A DNA stretch of 64,000 nt, taken from an uncultured delta proteobacterium. Lineage in GTDB: Bacteria; Desulfobacterota; Binatia; UBA9968. The notes below the pieces were generated by a model that was given only the letters and a program-made list of their open reading frames with translations, made no database searches and was not told the origin of the DNA. Numbering within the stretch: the stretch's first letter is position 1; every line of letters starts with the position of its first letter. The stretch spans positions 32,001 to 96,000 of the forward strand of contig CAVSLC010000002.1 of NCBI GenBank assembly GCA_963728565.1, read 5' to 3'. This document shows, piece by piece, positions 43,743 to 53,901 of this stretch. The position numbers were made by a program, and so were the translations under genes.

Positions 43743-45047
43743 ATGGATGCCTACCTAGAAACTCTGAATCGAATTTATAACCTGCGCGGCGGCATTATCG
43801 ATTTGCGCCTGGAGCGGATGGAACGGGCGCTGGCGCTGTTTGATCATCCGGAGAAAACATTTCCTTCAGTTCACATTGCCGGCACCAACGGTAAAGGATC
43901 GACTGCCGCGATGCTGCATCGAATCCTCTGCTGCGCCGGTTATCGCACCGCGCTCTATACCTCTCCGCATTTGGTCTCCTTCACCGAACGCATGCGCATC
44001 GGCGACGAAGAGATTACGCCGGATGAAGTTGTCGCGCTCGCCAACGAAATTTGGCGCCGAACAGAGCCGGCTAATATTCTCTTGACGTTTTTTGAAATCG
44101 TAACGGTCATGGCATTGGTATTTTTTGCCCGCCGGCAGGTTGAGCTGGCAGTGATCGAAGTCGGGCTTGGCGGTCGATTCGATGCCACTAATCTAGTTCG
44201 CTCAATCGTATCCGTGATCACGACGATTTCTAAAGACCATGAAGCGTTTCTCGGCTCTGACATAGCTTCCATCGCGCGGGAGAAGGCCGGCATCATCAAG
44301 AAAGGGGTTCCGGTCGTCTGTGGCACTCTGCCGCGGGAAGCTACGGAGGTAATCGAGGAGATAGCTCGTAAGAACCGAGCTGCAAGCTACCGATTGGGAC
44401 AAAACTTCAGTTTAAAGTTGAAAAGTAACGGCGCTTTCGACTATAAGAGTGCGAAATGGAATTTGCCGGATCTCGCAGTGGCGCTGCGCGGCGCGCATCA
44501 AATTCGTAATGCCGGTGTTGCCACGGCGGCGCTGGAGGTCATTGACGATCGATTCCCCGCCAGCGAGGTAGCAATACGTTCTGGTTTGCAAAGTGTATCA
44601 TGGCCTGGACGGATGGAAGTGATCTTAACGGATCCGACCGTGATCATTGATGGCGCGCATAATAGGGAAGGCATTGACGTTTTAATCGATGAACTTCGCC
44701 AGTTGCGGGGCGGCCGACGAATAAAAATGTTGTTTGCCGTGATGGAGGATAAGGACTGGCGATTCATGCTGGACACTCTGGCAGGGGTCGTGGATGAGAT
44801 CGTTTTTACTCGAGTCAGTCAACTGGAAAGGAGCGCTGACCCGGCTCAGTTGCAACAGCAAGTGGCTGGCAAACTGCAGTCTCAGGTTATTCCGGATCCC
44901 CGTTTAGCTGTCGAATCTCTCGTCCAAAGCGCCGCACCCAACGACGTGATCGTCATCACAGGATCGCTTTACCTGCTTGGCGAAGTACGCCCTCTGCTCA
45001 CAACCATGGCACAGACAAGACAATCTGGGCACAGTAACCGCAACTGA
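43743..45047 (+). CDS. folC: folylpolyglutamate synthase/dihydrofolate synthase
   Basis: HIAGTNGKGS, YTSPHL, EVGLGGRFDATN, WPGR, DGAHN, GSLYL. Confidence 0.97.
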   Translation: MDAYLETLNRIYNLRGGIIDLRLERMERALALFDHPEKTFPSVHIAGTNGKGSTAAMLHRILCCAGYRTALYTSPHLVSFTERMRIGDEEITPDEVVALANEIWRRTEPANILLTFFEIVTVMALVFFARRQVELAVIEVGLGGRFDATNLVRSIVSVITTISKDHEAFLGSDIASIAREKAGIIKKGVPVVCGTLPREATEVIEEIARKNRAASYRLGQNFSLKLKSNGAFDYKSAKWNLPDLAVALRGAHQIRNAGVATAALEVIDDRFPASEVAIRSGLQSVSWPGRMEVILTDPTVIIDGAHNREGIDVLIDELRQLRGGRRIKMLFAVMEDKDWRFMLDTLAGVVDEIVFTRVSQLERSADPAQLQQQVAGKLQSQVIPDPRLAVESLVQSAAPNDVIVITGSLYLLGEVRPLLTTMAQTRQSGHSNRN

Positions 45048-45066
45048 GTTCTCCCGGCCGTAGAAA

Positions 45067-47388
45067 ATGAAGCCAAGAAGGGTTCTTCTCATCAATATTT
45101 TCGCGCTGTGGTGTTTGTCCGCAGGCGCAGGTTATGGGCAGGCACAAACAACCCGGCGAGATAGCGGCTCGGACGATCAAATAAACGTGACCGCTGACAA
45201 GTTGACGGTCAGCGAAAGCGGCGCTCAGATCGAAGCCAGCGGCAACGTCGAGATCGAGCGCCAAGGAACCACACTCAAGGCCGAGCAAATTAATGTAAAC
45301 CGGACCACTCAAGACATCGAGGCGACAGGAAATATTTCGCTGGACGATCCCGAATGGAAAATAAATTCGGCAGAGTCCATACGGCTAAACCTGGGAAACG
45401 AAACCGGCGAAATTACCAACGCCGATCTATTTATTGAACAAGGGCACATCAGCATAAGCGGGCGCCGATTTCAGAAGTTGGGCGGCCAGACCTATCACGT
45501 TGATGAAGGCTTTTTTACCACCTGCCTGTGCGAATCGGGCCCGGCGCCGTGGAAGTTTTCAGCTGAACAACTCGATCTGACAGCGGGTGGCCTGGGGACG
45601 GTCAGAAACGGCTATTTCTATATTTATGACATCCCGGTTTTTTATCTCCCTTACGGGTTTTTCCCGTTGAAGACCGAGCGGCAAACCGGTTTCCTGTTCC
45701 CAAAACTCGGCACTTCGACGGAAGAAGGTTTCCGTTTTCAGCAGCCTTTCTTCTGGGCTCTCTCCAAAAGCACCGATACCACATTGGCGTTCGATTATCA
45801 GAGCGAGGCGCGCTACGGTTTTTTGAACGAATTCCGCACGCTCTTTGATCGTGACTCCGATTTCCTCTTACAAACCAGTTATTTCAACGAACGATGGCGC
45901 AACCAGCGGTCCATTGCCGATCCGACTATCGCGGACCCGGAGATTCCCATTGATCGCTGGGGAGTCAGGGGAACGCATCGTTATGACTTCGCTTCAAACT
46001 GGCTGACCTATAGCGACATCGCTGCTTACGGAGACGATCTATTTACAAGAGAGTTGGTGGAACGCTTCGACCTTTCGCCGACCGTGCAAGGCGACATTCG
46101 AAGCAGCCGTTATGCCACTTCTAGATTCGGGGTTTTCAGGAGCTGGGGAGACACTCATCTACAAGGCGAATGGAATTTTTATCAGGATTTCGTCCAGCCG
46201 GATGCGATGACTTTGCATCGAACGCCGCAAATATCATTTTGGGGAAGAAAAGGCTTGGAGGATTTTCCGTTGGAAATGCGCTGGCGCGCGGAAGGGGTGA
46301 ACTATATCCGGAGACAAGGCGGCGATGGCATGCGTTTGGATCTTCGGCCGGAACTTCTGCTGCCGCTGCGCACGTCATCTTATTTATTCGGCTCGTTGTC
46401 GATCGCGCCGCGCCAGACGCTCTACCACCTCTATGAGACGGTCCAGTCCTCCGACCACAATGTTTCCCGTGAGCTTGTTGAAATCCGTGGCAATATCGGC
46501 ACATCGCTGGGTCGGGTATTTCGATGGAGCGGCTTAGGACTCAGCAGAATCAAGCATGTGGTTGAGCCCGAGTTGAGCTATCTGTTTGTCCCCGGTACCG
46601 ATCAGAGTCGAATTCCAATGATGGACGGCATCGATCGAGTTCGCCGCAGGAACGTTGTTACCTTCGGCGTAACGAATCGCTTCTTAGGCAAACCTATCAG
46701 TCCCCTAACAGTTCTCGACGCTGATCAACGGGTCGAACCCCTCAATGTCGGTCTCGGCGGCGATGTGCGCTATATGGGATCTTTGAGATTTGCGTTAACC
46801 TACGACATCGACAAAGAACGAAAAGGCGGCGATGCCCTCTCCGACTTGGATATCAACTTGCTTTTTACCCCGACAAATTATCTCAGCTTTAATTTTGATG
46901 GCGGATTTGACCCCGGACCCTGGGACGTAACTCAAGCGCGGGCGAATGTGACGCTTAGCGATCCTCGACCACCGACACGTCTCTATTTGGACGCAGACTT
47001 TAACCGGCCTAACTCAATCAGCATCGGTTACCATTACCTGAGCAGGGGTGTTAATGGCTTCTTGGCCGAGAATGCCAATGTCGACTGTATCGACAACCCG
47101 ACGGATCCGGCTTGCCCATCGGTTGTGAACAAGACCACCGTTGGCAATCTGGTTTTGGGAGGTCTCTATCATCTCACGGATCACCTGTTAACGAACGTCA
47201 ATACGACATACGATGCGCGAGAAAACCGCTTCTTAAACGTTCGAGCCGCCGCTAAACTTCTATCCCGCTGCGAGTGTTGGACTTTAACGTTGGGGATACA
47301 CCGCGACATCAACCCTGCCAAAACTACCTTCAATTTCGCGGTGAGCTTGCTCGGCCTAGGTGGGTCTGAGCAGAGTTCACTGCGATGA
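45067..47388 (+). CDS. lptD: LPS-assembly protein LptD
   Basis: signal peptide, OstA-like N-domain, FTTC..PW, PVFYLPY..RQTGFLFP, C-terminal CW..L.GLG barrel end. Confidence 0.92.
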   Translation: MKPRRVLLINIFALWCLSAGAGYGQAQTTRRDSGSDDQINVTADKLTVSESGAQIEASGNVEIERQGTTLKAEQINVNRTTQDIEATGNISLDDPEWKINSAESIRLNLGNETGEITNADLFIEQGHISISGRRFQKLGGQTYHVDEGFFTTCLCESGPAPWKFSAEQLDLTAGGLGTVRNGYFYIYDIPVFYLPYGFFPLKTERQTGFLFPKLGTSTEEGFRFQQPFFWALSKSTDTTLAFDYQSEARYGFLNEFRTLFDRDSDFLLQTSYFNERWRNQRSIADPTIADPEIPIDRWGVRGTHRYDFASNWLTYSDIAAYGDDLFTRELVERFDLSPTVQGDIRSSRYATSRFGVFRSWGDTHLQGEWNFYQDFVQPDAMTLHRTPQISFWGRKGLEDFPLEMRWRAEGVNYIRRQGGDGMRLDLRPELLLPLRTSSYLFGSLSIAPRQTLYHLYETVQSSDHNVSRELVEIRGNIGTSLGRVFRWSGLGLSRIKHVVEPELSYLFVPGTDQSRIPMMDGIDRVRRRNVVTFGVTNRFLGKPISPLTVLDADQRVEPLNVGLGGDVRYMGSLRFALTYDIDKERKGGDALSDLDINLLFTPTNYLSFNFDGGFDPGPWDVTQARANVTLSDPRPPTRLYLDADFNRPNSISIGYHYLSRGVNGFLAENANVDCIDNPTDPACPSVVNKTTVGNLVLGGLYHLTDHLLTNVNTTYDARENRFLNVRAAAKLLSRCECWTLTLGIHRDINPAKTTFNFAVSLLGLGGSEQSSLR

Positions 47389-47596
47389 CCTGTAAAGCAC
47401 TGACTGTTGTTGAAAGCTTCTGTGCTTCGATATTGCCTTGTTTAGAGGAGTTCGCTCTGTGAAACGACGGCGCTGCAGTAGAGAGGATAGTTCCTCGTAC
47501 ATAAAAACCTTTCTTCAGTTACAATCTCTCATTTGAATATGGTATGGAAATGAGGCAGCACAATCCTCACAAAATCAAAGGACCATCCAAGCACTA

Positions 47597-48535
47597 ATGC
47601 CAACTCATGTCGTCATCACCGGCGCCGCCGGCTATTTGGGATCGGTTTTGTGCGAGCATTTGCTCGCGGCTGGATATCGAGTGACCGCAGCGGATGGGCT
47701 CATTTATCGCCAAAGAAGCTTGTTTCATCTCTGCGCCAGTCCTCAGTTTGATTTCATCGTCGGAGATGCGCGCGATGAGCAGTTGATGCGCCGGCTGGTT
47801 AAAGATGCGGACGTGCTTATTCCTCTGGCGGCGATCGTCGGCGCGCCGGCATGCGATCGCGATCCATGGCTGGCTCGTTCGGTCAACCTTGAAGCCATTC
47901 GACTGCTTGCGCGTTTGCGCAGCAACGATCAGTTGATCGTCTATCCAACCACCAACAGCGGCTATGGCACCAAATCGGGAGATGTCTTTTGTACCGAGGA
48001 CACTCCACTCGAGCCGATTTCGCTTTATGGACAAACCAAAACCGATGCCGAAGCGGAGATCCTGGAAAGGACCAATACGGTCACGCTCCGCCTTGCAACG
48101 GTTTTCGGCATGTCGCCTCGCATGCGTCTTGATCTGCTGGTCAATCACTTTGTCTATGCCGCCGTCACGGACGGTTATATTGTGATCTTCGAAAAAGATT
48201 TCAAGCGAAATTACATCCATATACGCGACGTCGCGGATTGTTTTATTCATTGCATCGAAAACAGCAAGAAAATGGCGGGCCGGCCGTATAACGCCGGGCT
48301 CGATAGCGCCAATCTTTCAAAAGAAGCGCTGGCTTTAAAGATTAAAGAATACGTGCCTAACTTTTACATCCACTTCGGTCAGGTGGGAACCGATCCCGAT
48401 AAGCGCAATTACATCGTCTCGAACCAACGCCTGCGGGATGCGGGCTTCGAGGCCAAGCGCTCATTAGACTCAGGTATCCAGGAGTTACTGAAGGGGTATC
48501 GCATGATGGGCCGCGCTGAGTTCGCTAATATTTAG
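47597..48535 (+). CDS. NAD-dependent nucleotide-sugar epimerase/dehydratase/reductase (extended SDR)
   Basis: TGAAGYLG, LAAIVGAPAC, YGQTK, RLATVFG.SPRMRLDL. Confidence 0.92.
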   Translation: MPTHVVITGAAGYLGSVLCEHLLAAGYRVTAADGLIYRQRSLFHLCASPQFDFIVGDARDEQLMRRLVKDADVLIPLAAIVGAPACDRDPWLARSVNLEAIRLLARLRSNDQLIVYPTTNSGYGTKSGDVFCTEDTPLEPISLYGQTKTDAEAEILERTNTVTLRLATVFGMSPRMRLDLLVNHFVYAAVTDGYIVIFEKDFKRNYIHIRDVADCFIHCIENSKKMAGRPYNAGLDSANLSKEALALKIKEYVPNFYIHFGQVGTDPDKRNYIVSNQRLRDAGFEAKRSLDSGIQELLKGYRMMGRAEFANI

Positions 48536-48566
48536 ATTTTGGTTTAAGGGCTGACGAGAAATCGTA

Positions 48567-49319
48567 GTGGTGCAGGAAGTCAGCGCTTTTTCAGATCTCA
48601 GCGTGGCAGTGCTCGCAGGTGGATTAGGAACACGGTTGCGTCCGGTGGTCTCGGATCGGCCAAAAGCACTGGCGGAGATTCATGGACGCCCTTTTTTGCA
48701 ATATTTGTTGGACCAGTTATCAAACGCAGGATCTTCTCGAGTTGTGTTATGTACCGGACATCTGGGAGAACAGATCGAGCAAACATTTGGCAAAAGATAT
48801 CGAAAATTGCAGATTTCATATTCCCGGGAAACGCGGCCTCTAGGCACGGGCGGCGCTCTGCGATTGGCTTTGCCGTATCTTCTGTCCGATCCTGTTCTGG
48901 TCATGAACGGAGACTCGTTCTGCGCCACGGATTTGAGGAGCTTGTGGGCTTGGCATTGTAACCGCGGTTCCCAAGCGACGATGTTGTTGGCCGAGGTGCC
49001 GAACACAGAGCGTTACGGCTCGGTAAAGATTGATTCTGACGGCGCGGTGACCCAATTTGTCGAAAAAAAACAAGGCGGTTCAGGGTCGATTAACGCCGGC
49101 GTGTATTTGCTTAGCCGTCAGGTTATCCGCTCGATCGCCGAAGGTACAGTTGTTTCACTGGAACATGACGTTTTCCCCAGCCTGATGAACCACGGGCTTT
49201 ATGGTTATCAGGAGCGGGGACGTTTTCTCGATATCGGCACGCCGGAGGATTTTGCTGCCGCCGAACAATTTTTTGCGGCGATCAATGAACGTGAAACGGC
49301 GGTTTGTAGTACTCGATAG
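48567..49319 (+). CDS. sugar-1-phosphate nucleotidyltransferase, HddC-like (heptose-1-P guanylyltransferase)
   Basis: LAGGLGTRLR..PK, LGTGGA, NGDS, FVEK, INAGVY, FLDIGTPED; adjacent to HddA and GmhB. Confidence 0.88.
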   Translation: MVQEVSAFSDLSVAVLAGGLGTRLRPVVSDRPKALAEIHGRPFLQYLLDQLSNAGSSRVVLCTGHLGEQIEQTFGKRYRKLQISYSRETRPLGTGGALRLALPYLLSDPVLVMNGDSFCATDLRSLWAWHCNRGSQATMLLAEVPNTERYGSVKIDSDGAVTQFVEKKQGGSGSINAGVYLLSRQVIRSIAEGTVVSLEHDVFPSLMNHGLYGYQERGRFLDIGTPEDFAAAEQFFAAINERETAVCSTR

Positions 49320-49849
49320 GGATGGCACAATCATCGAAGAGGTGTCTTACCTGTCGGATCCGAAACAGATTGCGCTGATTCCCGGGGCGGGCAAGGCGCT
49401 CCGGGATCTCGTGTGCCATGGGCTTCGGGCTGGTTGTCATTACCAATCAATCGGCGGTCGGACGGGGATATTTTGATGAAGCGCAGTTGACGCGGATTCA
49501 TGACAGGTTTTTAGAGATGCTGCGTGCTGAAGAGATAACTCTCGATGGTCTCTATTTTTGCCCGCATACTCCTCAAGACCAATGTTTCTGCCGTAAACCG
49601 CGCACTGGATTAATCCAAAAGGCATCGGAAGATTTGAACTTTGATTTGTCAGGCAGCATTGTTATTGGTGACAAGTTGAGCGATATCGAGATGGGTTGCC
49701 GGGTTGGAGCTTTGACGATGCTGGTACGCACGGGCTATGGGGCTCAAGTAGCTTCTGAGCAGAAGGTTGCGGCGGATTACATCGTCGACGATTTGCCCGC
49801 AGCCGTGGAAGTCATCGACAGGATCTTTAGAAAGGTGCGTGATCAATGA
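49285..49849 (+). CDS. gmhB: heptose-1,7-bisphosphate phosphatase (HAD IIIA), frameshift near 49412
   Basis: LDRDGTI, then VITNQS, CPH..CFCRKP, IGDKLSD in the next frame. Confidence 0.88.
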
Positions 49850-50919
49850 TCATTAGCAGGACGCCATTTCGTATTTCTTTCTTTGGTGGTGGCACCGATT
49901 ACCCTGCATGGTACCGCGACCACGGCGGCACGGTGCTGGGCGCAACCATCGACAAATACTGCTATCTCACCTGCCGTTATCTTCCGCCGTTTTTTAAACA
50001 TAGGATTCGCGTTGTCTATTCGCAGATTGAAAATTGCCAGATGGTCGATGAAATCGCTCATCCCGCCGTGCGTGAAGTGCTGCGTTACTTGCAAATTGAT
50101 CGAGGCGTGGAGATTCACCACGATGGTGACCTTCCGGCTCGGAGCGGCATGGGCTCGAGTTCTGCCTTCACGGTGGGTTTGTTGCACGCCCTGTACGCTC
50201 TCAAGGGACAGATGCCGACCAAGCGACAACTGGCGGCGGAAAGCATTCAGATCGAACAGGAGATGATCAAGGAAACCGTCGGTTCGCAGGATCAGGTTTT
50301 GGCGGCATTTGGCGGATTCAATCATGTGGTTTTTTCCCAAGACGGTGAAATCACCGTCAAACCGATTACGTTATCAGGGGATCGCCTGCGCGAGTTAAGC
50401 TCTCATCTAATGCTTTTCTATACAGGAATAGAGCGCACCGCCTCGGATGTTGCCGGCAGTTATGTTGCCGATGTCGACGGAAAAAGAAGCCAATTGCGCA
50501 TCATGAAAGGTCTGGTCGAAGAAAGCCTCGCAGTCCTAAATAATGGGCGGGATATAACTGCTTTTGGCACTCTCCTGGACGAGGGATGGCAAGCCAAGCG
50601 CAGCCTGAGCGCGAGAGTTTCAAACAGCTACGTCGATGAGCTCTATGCGCACGCGATCGCGAACGGCGCTCTCGGGGGAAAGCTGCTGGGCGCCGGTGGC
50701 GGAGGTTTCATGCTCCTGTTTGTGCCTCCGGGCAAGCAGAATCAAGTCAAAGAGGCGCTCAAGAAGCTTATATCGGTCCCGTTTCATTTTGATTTCTCTG
50801 GGAGTCAAATCATTTTCTACGATCACGAAAAGGATTACTCGGCCGAAGAAAAAATTCGCGATTCACGGGAATACGATTTCATCGGCGAACTGAATGACCG
50901 ATTGGACAGAGATTTGTAG
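49846..50919 (+). CDS. hddA: GHMP kinase, D-glycero-alpha-D-manno-heptose-7-phosphate kinase-like
   Basis: SRTPFRISFFGGGTD, PARSGMGSS, GSQDQ, GKLLGAGGGG. Confidence 0.85.
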   Translation: MIISRTPFRISFFGGGTDYPAWYRDHGGTVLGATIDKYCYLTCRYLPPFFKHRIRVVYSQIENCQMVDEIAHPAVREVLRYLQIDRGVEIHHDGDLPARSGMGSSSAFTVGLLHALYALKGQMPTKRQLAAESIQIEQEMIKETVGSQDQVLAAFGGFNHVVFSQDGEITVKPITLSGDRLRELSSHLMLFYTGIERTASDVAGSYVADVDGKRSQLRIMKGLVEESLAVLNNGRDITAFGTLLDEGWQAKRSLSARVSNSYVDELYAHAIANGALGGKLLGAGGGGFMLLFVPPGKQNQVKEALKKLISVPFHFDFSGSQIIFYDHEKDYSAEEKIRDSREYDFIGELNDRLDRDL

Positions 50920-50967
50920 ACGGAACGAGCGACAGGCTTGGCTCCCGCGATTTCTATTCGTTAATAA

Positions 50968-51904
50968 ATGGAGAAGGACGCGAGAATCTTTGTTGCGGAC
51001 GATCATGGACTCGATCGGAGAGGCCATCAGAATACGGTTGAGAGCGGACGGCTATGAGAATCTTCTCGGCGATCCTGGAAGACCTTCGTTAATCGATGCC
51101 CGAGAGGTCGAAGCTTTTTTCTCACGGACTATGCCCGAATACGTTTTCGTCGTGGGCGGCAAGTCGGGCGGCATCGGCGCTAATCAAAAGCTCCCGGCGG
51201 ATCTGATGCTGAATAACCTGCTTGTGGATTGCCATGTCCTAGATAATGCGTACCGTTGCGGCGCCAAAAAATTGCTTTATATGGGCAGCTCCTGCTGCTA
51301 CCCGCGAGCTTGCTTGCAACCGATGCAAGTTTCGTCTTTGATGACGGGAGTTCTGGAGCCTACTAACGAGGCTTATGCGACCGCCAAGCTTGCCGGGATT
51401 AAATTGAGTCAAGCATATCGGCAGCAACATGGCATCGATATGATCAGCGCCATTCCCGCCAATGTCTTTGGACCCGGCGATGACTTCGGCGTCGAGGACT
51501 CGCATGTGATTGCCGCCTTGATGGTGAAAATGCATCAGGCAAAGCTTTCCCAAGCGGATAATGTCGAAGTCTGGGGATCGGGTTCGCCGCGCCGGGAATT
51601 TATTTATGTCGCCGACGTCGCTGATGCAGCCATTTTCTTGATGCACCATTATAGCAGCTCAGTGCCGATCAATCTGGGAAGCGGCTCAGACGCGTCAATC
51701 AGGGAGATTGCCGAGCTGATTAAAGAAGTAGTCGGGTACTCCGGAGAGCTACGCTTTGACCCGAAGAAGCCAGACGGTATGCCGTTGAAGTCGCTGGACT
51801 CCAGCGAGCTTTTCGCTCTTGGGTGGCAGCCAAAGATATCTCTGCGTTTAGGTCTGGAAAAAACCTACCGGTGGTACCTCGAGACCTGTCACAGGAATAT
51901 ATAA
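50968..51904 (+). CDS. GDP-L-fucose synthase/ColC-like epimerase-reductase, frameshift near 51014
   Basis: true N-terminus MEKDARIFVA at 50968; GGIGAN, GSSCCYP, LEPTNEAYATAK, NVFGPGD, WGSGSPRREF, KPDG. Confidence 0.88.
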
Positions 51905-51908
51905 CCTC

Positions 51909-52847
51909 ATGAACGAACGTATTTTTAGATCTCTATATCGGATCCGCCGTGTGGAGGAAGAAATTGCCCGGATTTATCCCACCGATAAGATCAAGAGTCC
52001 CGTGCACCTCTCAATCGGTCAGGAGTGGATAGCCGTGGGTGTGTGCGAGGCTTTGCGGCCCGACGACATCGTCTTTGGCAGTTATCGAAGTCACGCGTAC
52101 TATTTGGCTAAAGGCGGCGACTTAAAGAAAATGTTCGCTGAGCTTTACGGCAAGGCTACAGGGTGCGCGAAAGGAAAGGGTGGGTCGATGCACCTCGTTG
52201 ATGTCGCTCACGGCGTCATGGGAGCCTCGGCAGTCGTCGGAACGACTATTCCAAATGCTGTGGGCTATGCGTACGCCATGAAACTACAGAAGAGAAACAA
52301 TGTCGTCGTGAGTTTTTTTGGCGATGGAGCGACCGAGGAGGGGGTTTTTTACGAGAGCCTTAATTTCGCCGCTCTGAAGGAGCTCCCGGTGATTTTTGTC
52401 TGCGAGAATAATTTTTATGCTATCCATACTCATATATCGCTTCGTCAGAAAACCCCGAATCCGTGCGATAAAGCCAAAGCCCAAGGCATCGTAGCCGAGC
52501 AGATCGGCGATGGCGATACGCGGCGGCTCTATGACCGGATTAATGCCGCGGCGGACCTCATGCGCGCCGGCCGGAGTGGGCCGTGTTTTTTTGAATGTCT
52601 TACATATCGCTGGAAGGAACACGTCGGGCCGAACGAAGATTTCGATTTGGGTTACCGGAGCCGGCAAGAAGCGAGCCCGTGGCTCGAACGAGACGCGTTG
52701 CCGCGGATTGAATGTCTTCTGTCAGCGGAAGCTTGTAGCCGCTTGAAAACCGAAGTGGAAGAGGAAATCAGTGCGGCCATCCGCTTTGCGGAGGAAAGCC
52801 CGTATCCACAACCGGAGGAGTTATATATGGATGTGATCGGGGACTAA
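51909..52847 (+). CDS. TPP-dependent dehydrogenase E1 alpha-like subunit
   Basis: HLSIGQE, GKGGSMH, TPP motif GDGA..ENN, TYRWKEHVG. Confidence 0.94.
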   Translation: MNERIFRSLYRIRRVEEEIARIYPTDKIKSPVHLSIGQEWIAVGVCEALRPDDIVFGSYRSHAYYLAKGGDLKKMFAELYGKATGCAKGKGGSMHLVDVAHGVMGASAVVGTTIPNAVGYAYAMKLQKRNNVVVSFFGDGATEEGVFYESLNFAALKELPVIFVCENNFYAIHTHISLRQKTPNPCDKAKAQGIVAEQIGDGDTRRLYDRINAAADLMRAGRSGPCFFECLTYRWKEHVGPNEDFDLGYRSRQEASPWLERDALPRIECLLSAEACSRLKTEVEEEISAAIRFAEESPYPQPEELYMDVIGD

Positions 52848-53894
52848 ATGGAACGCACTCTGTCGTATATCGATGCGATTCGCGAGGCCACGGATCAGGA
52901 GATGGCGCGAGACGGATCCGTGGTGATTTTTGGTCTCGATGTTGACGATCCCAAGGCAATTCAAGGAACCACGCGCGGGCTGCTTGAAAAGTATGGCCCG
53001 CAGCGTGTCTTCGGAACTCCACTGTCCGAGGACGCCATGACCGGAGTCGCCATTGGAATGGCTTTAGCGGGACTGCGGCCGATTCACGTTCACATCCGCA
53101 TGGATTTCATGCTGCTGGCGATGAATCAATTGGTCAACATTGCGGCCAAGAGTCGCTACATGTACGGCGGTCAAGTTCATGTGCCGATGGTTGTTCGTTG
53201 CATGATCGGCAAGAGTTGGGGGCAGGGCGCTCAGCACTCCCAGGGATTACACTCGCTCTTCATGCACATTCCCGGTCTGAAAGTGGTTGCGCCGGCCAAT
53301 CCTTATGACGCGAAGGGATGCTTGATCCAGGCGATCCGCGATGGTGATCCGGTCATCTATGTTGAGCATCGGATTCTCCATTTCCAAAAAGGCGTGGTTC
53401 CTGAATCCGAATACGCGGTTGCAGCTGGCAAAGCCCGCGTTTTAGCGCAAGGCCAAGATATTACACTCGTCGGAATTTCGTACATGGTATTGGAATGTCT
53501 GAGAGCGCGTGATTACCTTGCATCGACCGGCATCGATGCGGAAGTGATCGATCCCGTCTGGTTGAGCCCGCTTGACATCGACACCATCGTAAAATCCGCG
53601 CGAAAAACCGGCCGGCTGTGTGTCGTCGACAACGGCTGGACAGTCTGCGGTGCGGGCGCGGAAATAGTCAGCCAGGTAATCGAAAGACTGCAACACGACA
53701 GGCATGTGGCTGTCCAACGCTTGGGCTATGCTCCGGTGACCTGCCCGCCGACTCCGGTCCTGGAGGAGCTCTATTATCCAAACGCACGCACCATCGCATC
53801 CACGGCCTATGATCTGGTCAAAGGAGGCAAAAACGCTTGGTTGCCGCAGGAACGAAAAGACCTTGTCGAGTTCGAATTTCGCGGACCATTTTAA
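52848..53894 (+). CDS. TPP-dependent dehydrogenase E1 beta-like subunit
   Basis: TPLSED, GLRP, GAQHSQ, PGLKVV, transketolase C-terminal domain. Confidence 0.94.
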   Translation: MERTLSYIDAIREATDQEMARDGSVVIFGLDVDDPKAIQGTTRGLLEKYGPQRVFGTPLSEDAMTGVAIGMALAGLRPIHVHIRMDFMLLAMNQLVNIAAKSRYMYGGQVHVPMVVRCMIGKSWGQGAQHSQGLHSLFMHIPGLKVVAPANPYDAKGCLIQAIRDGDPVIYVEHRILHFQKGVVPESEYAVAAGKARVLAQGQDITLVGISYMVLECLRARDYLASTGIDAEVIDPVWLSPLDIDTIVKSARKTGRLCVVDNGWTVCGAGAEIVSQVIERLQHDRHVAVQRLGYAPVTCPPTPVLEELYYPNARTIASTAYDLVKGGKNAWLPQERKDLVEFEFRGPF

Positions 53895-53901
53895 TCCAAT
53901 C

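Noticed and set aside
50894-50967. Tracked start of the Fcl-like ORF (MTDWTEIC...)
   Set aside because: Artefact of a frameshift; the family-typical N-terminus begins at 50968 in another frame
51909-53894. Housekeeping pdhA/pdhB or acoA/acoB assignment
   Set aside because: No E2/E3 genes and the context is nucleotide-sugar biosynthesis, so no symbol was given
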